Source of the DNA: Candidatus Kaiserbacteria bacterium
Lineage (GTDB): Bacteria; Patescibacteriota; Minisyncoccia; Phycocordibacterales; UBA2100
Length of the DNA: 64,000 nucleotides
Direction of reading: 5' to 3'
Assembly: GCA_017134395.1 (NCBI GenBank)
Contig: CP070993.1
Location: forward strand, 462,199-526,198
The notes below the pieces were generated by a model. It did no database searches, was not told the origin of the DNA, and saw only the letters and a program-made list of their open reading frames with translations. The position numbers and the translations under genes were made by a program. Below, in pieces: positions 59,194-64,000 of the stretch (the first letter of the stretch is position 1; the number at the start of each line of letters is the position of its first letter).

Positions 59194-60255
59194 ATGACAA
59201 AAATATCAACCACAATGTGGCGTAACGCCGTGTTTCTTGTGGTCGTGATATCGATGGTTTTCCCAACCGGAGTACACGCGGGCTTCTTCAGTAATGTCTT
59301 CGCAGCGTTTTCTCCAACGCTTGCATACACTGCACACGCTACTTACAATTCACAAACTATTCCTCTCCCCCGTGCTGCTCAGAACATTGACCCGAATCCA
59401 TCAAAAGGTGGAGGAGATATAACAATCGTAAATGACTCAGCGCTTTTACCAGCATCTGGTCCAGCAGGTTCTCTTGCAGACGTTGACGAAGGCAGTTCTT
59501 ACAAAAATAACGGACAAATTAGTATTTACATTGTTCGCCCAGGAGACACTCTTGGTGACATTGCACAGATGTTTGACGTATCCATCAACACGATTCGATG
59601 GGGTAACGATATTGCACGTAGTGAAGCGATACAACCTGGGCAAGAGTTGGTAATTTTACCAGTGACTGGAATTAAATACACAGTAAAGAACGGAGGAACT
59701 TTGAAAGATATTATTGATAAGTACGGTGGCGACATAGAGGAAGCTGTTGAATATAATGGTTTCTCAGCAACGGAACATCTTGTTGCAGGTACGGAAGTGA
59801 TTATCCCAGATGGTGAATTAGCAGCGCCAAAAGCGGCTGCAAAAGTGGCACAAAGCCGCTATACAACAACAACCTCACGCCCACGCGGGACATCAAACGT
59901 ACCTAGCTACAGTGGTTTCTATATCCGACCAATCAATGGAGGAACTAAAACACAGGGTATACATGGATATAACGCAGTTGACCTTGCAGCACCTGCAGGA
60001 ACTCCAATTCTTGCTTCAGCAGCAGGAAAAGTAATTATCTCCAAGGGAAGTGGATGGAATGGAGGATATGGAAAATATATTGTTATCGAACATGCTAATG
60101 GTACACAGACACTGTACTCACACAATTCACGAAACCAAGTGTTCTCAGGACAGAGTGTCGTACAAGGACAAGTTATCGGGTATGTAGGTTCGACAGGACG
60201 TTCAACTGGATCACATGTTCACTTTGAGATACGTGGTGCGAAGAACCCATTCTAG
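59194..60255 (+). CDS. Secreted cell-wall hydrolase: two LysM domains plus a peptidase M23 domain.
   Basis: Signal/TM; LysM motifs (YIVRPGDTLGDIAQ; YTVKNGGTLKDIID); M23 HxxxD and HVHFE motifs; start moved to the ATG at 59194. Confidence 0.8.
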   Translation: MTKISTTMWRNAVFLVVVISMVFPTGVHAGFFSNVFAAFSPTLAYTAHATYNSQTIPLPRAAQNIDPNPSKGGGDITIVNDSALLPASGPAGSLADVDEGSSYKNNGQISIYIVRPGDTLGDIAQMFDVSINTIRWGNDIARSEAIQPGQELVILPVTGIKYTVKNGGTLKDIIDKYGGDIEEAVEYNGFSATEHLVAGTEVIIPDGELAAPKAAAKVAQSRYTTTTSRPRGTSNVPSYSGFYIRPINGGTKTQGIHGYNAVDLAAPAGTPILASAAGKVIISKGSGWNGGYGKYIVIEHANGTQTLYSHNSRNQVFSGQSVVQGQVIGYVGSTGRSTGSHVHFEIRGAKNPF

Positions 60256-60385
60256 TTAAAAGTTGGAAAACAAGCGCAGCACTTTGTTGTGTTACATAAA
60301 ATTGCAATCACTGTATGTTCAATACAGTTCTTTTAATTTTATGTACACGCCTCGTTCTGCATCTTGTTTTCCAACTTTTTTCAGT

Positions 60386-60946
60386 CTAATTTTTTGTATT
60401 AGATATAATCCAAAAACCAGCCCTGTTTTTTACGCCATGTAATTCAATAGCTTTAATTAGTTTTGCAAGAGAAACAGTTCTTCGTGGATAAAATATATCA
60501 GAATCAAGTAACACTACTTGATCACCATTGATACTTTCAATGATATTTACGTGACCACAATTACCGCCTGAAGGATCAAGAGGAAGATTGTTAAAACACA
60601 CTAATATATCATTCTCTTTCTCTAGGTTTATTTTAATAAAATCTGCTACGTCTTGTATCGAGCTTAAAGTTCTATAGGTTTCAGTTAGGTGTATATTGTT
60701 TGTGCGGAAATAATTATTTATAGAGTATTTCTCTTTTTGCACTTGCGTTCCCCACCCAGACTTAGGGCGCGTATTCGATACTGTCGCACAAGCATATAAG
60801 GAACTTTTTTCTTCAGGCACTATTAAGCCAAGAGAACATGCAATATTTTCTTGAGCATCATGTTCAATATTACGCCTATCGAGTATCATTTCTATGCATG
60901 CCGCGGTGCAAAGATAGGGCCTTTGTTTAATAGGGTTGTACTCCAT
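60386..60946 (-). CDS. Peptidase-C39-like (papain-fold) cysteine peptidase domain protein.
   Basis: QRPYLCTAACIEMIL resembles the C39 Q-x-CG/A catalytic Cys motif; GHVNIIESINGDQVVLLD resembles the His motif. Tentative. Confidence 0.35.
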   Translation of the reverse strand: MEYNPIKQRPYLCTAACIEMILDRRNIEHDAQENIACSLGLIVPEEKSSLYACATVSNTRPKSGWGTQVQKEKYSINNYFRTNNIHLTETYRTLSSIQDVADFIKINLEKENDILVCFNNLPLDPSGGNCGHVNIIESINGDQVVLLDSDIFYPRRTVSLAKLIKAIELHGVKNRAGFWIISNTKN

Positions 60947-60950
60947 ATTT

Positions 60951-61415
60951 TTATGTTTCAATTGTTTCGATATCTCCTTCAGGAACCTCGTATCTTTCAA
61001 TGAGAATATCTAAAATCTCTTTATCAATATGGTGAATGTTATCTTCTTCCTCATTTCTCTTCCCTATTCGCTCCAAAAGTGTTTGGTAGGGCGCTGTGAA
61101 ATACATTATTCTCGAAGGTACGCCGATGTGTTCAGCGATTTGTTTATATTTCTCCCGTTCTTTTTGCTTGTAAAATCCGTAATCGAGTATTACCGAAGTG
61201 CCAGCTGAGAGCAAGGATTGTATTTCAGGAAGAAGTTCATCTTTAGTTGCCTGCTCGCGAATTTCAAGATCAACGTGGTGGTCATCCCCGTAGCGCTTGT
61301 GCATTTCTGAATCAAGTGAGAATAGTTTCGCGTGAGTATCTACTGCGAGAGTTTTGGCATAAGTAGTTTTCCCTGTACCGGGTAATCCAGTGAATATAAA
61401 TAGTGTTGGTTGCAT
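60951..61415 (-). CDS. P-loop NTPase, predicted small-molecule or nucleotide kinase (AAA_33/zeta-toxin-like fold).
   Basis: Walker A FIFTGLPGTGKTTYA; size and lid region resemble gluconate/adenylate-kinase-like enzymes. Confidence 0.5.
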   Translation of the reverse strand: MQPTLFIFTGLPGTGKTTYAKTLAVDTHAKLFSLDSEMHKRYGDDHHVDLEIREQATKDELLPEIQSLLSAGTSVILDYGFYKQKEREKYKQIAEHIGVPSRIMYFTAPYQTLLERIGKRNEEEDNIHHIDKEILDILIERYEVPEGDIETIET

Positions 61416-61416
61416 C

Positions 61417-61728
61417 TTACTTTTTAACAAACCTATCTTTGTCGCGTACTCGTAATTTATCGAGTGCTTTTTCAAATTCGATATCAAGGTCGATGTTATG
61501 GGAGTTAGCAAGGCATACGACAGTGAAGAGTACGTCAGCCAGTTCTTCGCCAAGTTGCTGCTCAGCCTCCTCTTTTTTCTTTGGCTTTAACCCATACATA
61601 TGGTTAAGAAGTCGTGCGACCTCCCCCACCTCTTCACTAAGGCGTGCAAATTGTGAAAGCGGCGGCCAGTACGGAGGCTCAAGTCCTTTCACGAGGTTGT
61701 CTACACTTTTTTGGGCATCTTTTAACAT
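61417..61728 (-). CDS. MazG-like nucleotide pyrophosphohydrolase (small all-alpha NTP-PPase).
   Basis: EEVGEVARLL...EELADVLFTVVCLANSHNIDL is the MazG EExxE...ExxD signature; start set to the ATG at 61728. Confidence 0.65.
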   Translation of the reverse strand: MLKDAQKSVDNLVKGLEPPYWPPLSQFARLSEEVGEVARLLNHMYGLKPKKKEEAEQQLGEELADVLFTVVCLANSHNIDLDIEFEKALDKLRVRDKDRFVKK

Positions 61729-61780
61729 ACATACAGTATATAGAATCATTATAAAAAAAGAACGCCAGACAGCACGAATG

Positions 61781-62074
61781 CTATCTGACGCTTTCTGCAC
61801 GGCGTTTTCTTGTGGCAACAGACCTCTTGTTGAAGTAACGCATAGCAACCAAGAGATACCAGCGATACTGGAAGAAAATAAACGAATATTTTCTAACAGC
61901 TTTTTCTACGAGGGCCTTAAATGCGGAACCCGTTTCACCTTTGCGGTGACTGTAGACTTCGTTGATAATGAGCTCTGCTTTCCCAACGTCAATCGTACAC
62001 AGGTAGTCTCTCTCGACTTCGGCAACAGCCTCTTTGAAGTAACTGTCATTTGTGTTAACAGTGAATGTAGACAC
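61781..62074 (-). CDS. Small hypothetical protein, first gene of the MazG/kinase/peptidase operon.
   Basis: 97-aa ORF in operon position; the C-terminal part is basic/hydrophobic and could be spurious. Confidence 0.3.
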   Translation of the reverse strand: MSTFTVNTNDSYFKEAVAEVERDYLCTIDVGKAELIINEVYSHRKGETGSAFKALVEKAVRKYSFIFFQYRWYLLVAMRYFNKRSVATRKRRAESVR

Positions 62075-62147
62075 AACGACCTCCTTTCTCCAAGTCTTTA
62101 AGGTACGACGCTAGTTTTGATTGTATACCCAGCACCTATCTAGTGTA

Positions 62148-62189
62148 AAGCCCAAGAATATATCAGTTAACTGATATATTCTTGGGCTT
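62148..62189. repeat. 42-bp perfect palindrome aagcccaagaatatatcagtt|aactgatatattcttgggctt, sharing a 22-bp core with 20443-20478.
   Basis: Exact inverted repeat; the GC-rich outer stem could also serve as the comM terminator. Confidence 0.8.
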
Positions 62190-62197
62190 TCTAAATT

Positions 62198-62215
62198 TTA
62201 GCGATTAGTCGCTAA
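62198..62215. promoter_or_regulatory. Degenerate third copy of the TTAGCGATTA-TCGCTAA palindrome (ttagcgattagtcgctaa).
   Basis: Two mismatches relative to the perfect copies flanking the TrpR-like gene. Confidence 0.45.
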
Positions 62216-62246
62216 TAAACTGCCAGAGTGCCAGCACTCTGGCGGT

Positions 62247-63776
62247 TTATCTCTCTTGTTTGGGTCGATATTGAAGTGCTTCAAGAATGTGAGTTTCGTT
62301 AATATTGGCGGACTTTTCAATGTCGGCAATGGTGCGAGCTAGTTTTATACAGCGATGGTACGCACGCGGTGAGAGATTCATTTTAGTTGCAGCGTTATTA
62401 AGAATATCAGCACACTCTTTTGAAAGTGGCGCATGGTGACTTAGTCCTGCTGGAGTCATGCCGCTGTTAAGACGTTTTGGTTTCTTGAAGCGTTTTAGTT
62501 GTATTGTTCTGGCGTCTGCAACTTTTTTGCGCGTAATATCGGATTCATTATTCTTTTTCGGTTTCTCTAATAGTTTACTGTGCTCTATTGCACCAACTTC
62601 AATCCACATATCTATACGGTCCATTATAGGTCCTGATAGCTTTTGCTGATACCGCTGGAGTGCAGCAGGTGCACACGTACATTTAGTGCTCCCGTAATAG
62701 CCACACGGACAAGGGTTAAGCGCTGCAATGAGAATAAAATCAGACGGAAACACAGCAGAACCTTTTGCACGCGTTATAGAAACCACTTTGTCTTCTAATG
62801 GTTGGCGCAGTGCATTAATGACCCGTTTATCGAATTCTGGGAACTCATCAAGGAAAAGGACGCCACGGTGAGCGAGCGTTATCTCCCCTGGGCGCGGTAT
62901 AGTGCCACCACCGACAAGCGAAACATAGCTTGCGGTGTGGTGAGGACTTCGTAATGGTGGGCGTTGTACAATAGTTTCTGTAAGAGTCCCAGCGATTGAG
63001 TGAATACTTGTTACTTCTAATGCTATGTCGTGAGGTAAATTAGGTAATAAGGAACAGAGCGCTTTTGCGAGCATTGTTTTACCAGTCCCAGGAGGACCGA
63101 AAAGAGCGATGTTATGACCACCTGCTGCTGCGATAGTAAGGCCACGCTTTGCATGGTCTTGGCCTCGTATAGACTCGAGATGATTTTCAGGTGTATACGG
63201 TACTGTGTGTGGTGAGTTGCTTAAAGGAGTTATTTCTTCTGTGCCACGTAAGTGAGAAACAATTTGAGAAAGTGTGGCTGTAGGGAAAACAGTAATACCC
63301 TCGATAAGCGCTGCTTCAGCTGCATTCTCTTCTGGTACAAAGACTGCATTAAAGCCTTCGCTTCGTGCTTTTTGTACCAGAGGCAATACGCCAGTTGTTG
63401 CTTTGATTTTTCCATCCAATGAAAGCTCACCAAAGAAAAGAAGTTTCTCGATTGATGCCTCCAGTTCCCCGCTTGCCAGTAGGTAGGCGATGGCAATTGG
63501 CACATCAAATAAAGGACCTTCTTTCTTTAAATCAGCTGGCGCAAGAGACACTACAATCTTCATGTTGTTGTGTTTTGGCGCTTTGAAACTAGAACTTTTT
63601 TCAAAGTCAGCATTTTTTAGTGCTGCACTTACTCTGTCGCGAGATTCTTCGACAGCTTTGTCGGGTAGTCCAACTACCGAGAACGCATGGAGACCTTTTG
63701 AGAGGTCAATTTCTATAGTAACGATATGTGCAGAAAGGAGTGATGTTTGCGCACTAAAAACTTGAGCAAAGGACAT
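62247..63776 (-). CDS. comM: YifB/ComM-family Mg-chelatase-like AAA+ ATPase.
   Basis: N-terminal Lon-like domain, Walker A GPPGTGKTMLA, C-terminal ComM domain. Confidence 0.85.
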   Translation of the reverse strand: MSFAQVFSAQTSLLSAHIVTIEIDLSKGLHAFSVVGLPDKAVEESRDRVSAALKNADFEKSSSFKAPKHNNMKIVVSLAPADLKKEGPLFDVPIAIAYLLASGELEASIEKLLFFGELSLDGKIKATTGVLPLVQKARSEGFNAVFVPEENAAEAALIEGITVFPTATLSQIVSHLRGTEEITPLSNSPHTVPYTPENHLESIRGQDHAKRGLTIAAAGGHNIALFGPPGTGKTMLAKALCSLLPNLPHDIALEVTSIHSIAGTLTETIVQRPPLRSPHHTASYVSLVGGGTIPRPGEITLAHRGVLFLDEFPEFDKRVINALRQPLEDKVVSITRAKGSAVFPSDFILIAALNPCPCGYYGSTKCTCAPAALQRYQQKLSGPIMDRIDMWIEVGAIEHSKLLEKPKKNNESDITRKKVADARTIQLKRFKKPKRLNSGMTPAGLSHHAPLSKECADILNNAATKMNLSPRAYHRCIKLARTIADIEKSANINETHILEALQYRPKQER

Positions 63777-63845
63777 GGTATGAGTATACCGTATTCAAAA
63801 CTAAGAAAGAGCAGAGTGTTTAAAACTTAGAATATATACAACAAA

Positions 63846-63887
63846 AATGAACACCTCATCCGCCAGCTGGCGGATGAGGTGTTCATT
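63846..63887 (-). terminator. Intrinsic terminator for the minus-strand gene that ends at 63920.
   Basis: Hairpin aatgaacacctcatccgcc-agct-ggcggatgaggtgttcatt with a T-run on the minus strand. Confidence 0.65.
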
Positions 63888-63919
63888 TTGGCTTCAGTAA
63901 GCCCTGTTTAGTGACCAAT

Positions 63920-64000
63920 TTAGTCAGCGTGAGCAACACACGTTGCTGCAGCGGGGTTTGCTTCGAGGCGTGCGAGAGGGATTTTTTCACCACACTCGTT
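63920..64000 (-). CDS. Partial CDS (C-terminus only): DksA/TraR-family C4 zinc-finger protein.
   Basis: Hand translation gives ...NECGEKIPLARLEANPAAATCVAHAD*, matching the CxxCGxxIxxxRLxAxPxAxxCxxC DksA/TraR finger. Confidence 0.5.
   Translation of the reverse strand, partial: NECGEKIPLARLEANPAAATCVAHAD

Noticed and set aside
61403-62101. 232-aa plus-strand ORF antisense to the MazG and small-protein genes.
   Set aside because: It lies antisense to ORFs that have recognisable domains (MazG signature) and has Ser/Cys-rich low-complexity composition, so it is likely spurious.
63890-64000. GC-rich tail of the window that contains a TAGTGAC-like motif. I considered 5S/other rRNA or another copy of the tRNA-linked element.
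   Set aside because: The minus-strand translation gives a clean DksA/TraR zinc-finger C-terminus (NECGEKIPLARLEANPAAATCVAHAD*), with a terminator just downstream. It is coding, and the motif resemblance is coincidental.
1-64000. CRISPR arrays, rRNA genes, transposases and integrases.
   Set aside because: No short regularly spaced direct repeats, no rRNA-like conserved stretches and no transposase or integrase-like ORFs were seen. The tRNA-linked att-like duplicate has no integrase nearby in this window.

Overview
AT-rich, gene-dense bacterial chromosome segment. The gene content and architecture look like a Patescibacteria/CPR-type (possibly Saccharibacteria-like) genome, but that is inference, not a database result. 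The window spans the replication origin, with rnpA-rpmH divergent from dnaA-dnaN and DnaA boxes on both sides of dnaA. Identified housekeeping genes are rpsT, ruvA, ruvB, ruvC, yebC, polA, a holA-like gene, tsaE, tyrS, a class A PBP, yidC, jag, rsmA, uvrD/pcrA, comM, a Mur-ligase-family gene and a SpoU methyltransferase. There are three tRNA genes (Ser-UGA, Arg-GCG, Lys-UUU), each with an intrinsic terminator. A metal (copper) homeostasis island sits at 1.2-7.3 kb (CsoR, a CPH-motif P1B ATPase, two DUF1573 proteins of which one is fused to rhodanese, DUF302, DsbA, DUF3105). Type IV pilus parts are scattered (a PilB/GspE ATPase and a prepilin-like gene) and there is an ECF sigma/anti-sigma pair. 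The most unusual content is threefold. (1) A ~13 kb minus-strand cluster at 42.3-55.6 kb encodes a VirB3-like protein, a VirB4-like ATPase that is split into an N-domain ORF and an ATPase ORF in different frames, a VirB6-like polytopic membrane protein, TrbC/VirB2-like pilin candidates and several large secreted proteins; no coupling protein or relaxase is present. (2) A conserved motif (TACTTAGTGAYTNGTGRCSAC) sits 150-300 bp downstream of all three tRNA genes, preceded by GC-enriched hairpin-rich DNA that contains inverted copies of the tRNA T-arm. (3) Several families of long perfect AT-rich palindromes occur, including TTAGCGATTAATCGCTAA flanking a TrpR/YerC-like regulator gene on both sides. 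A compact four-gene operon (small protein, MazG-like, P-loop kinase, C39-like peptidase) and a block of four large secreted proteins (Ig-like repeats, LAS/M15-like peptidase motifs) are further candidates for uncharacterised biology. No CRISPR array, rRNA or clear transposase was seen.
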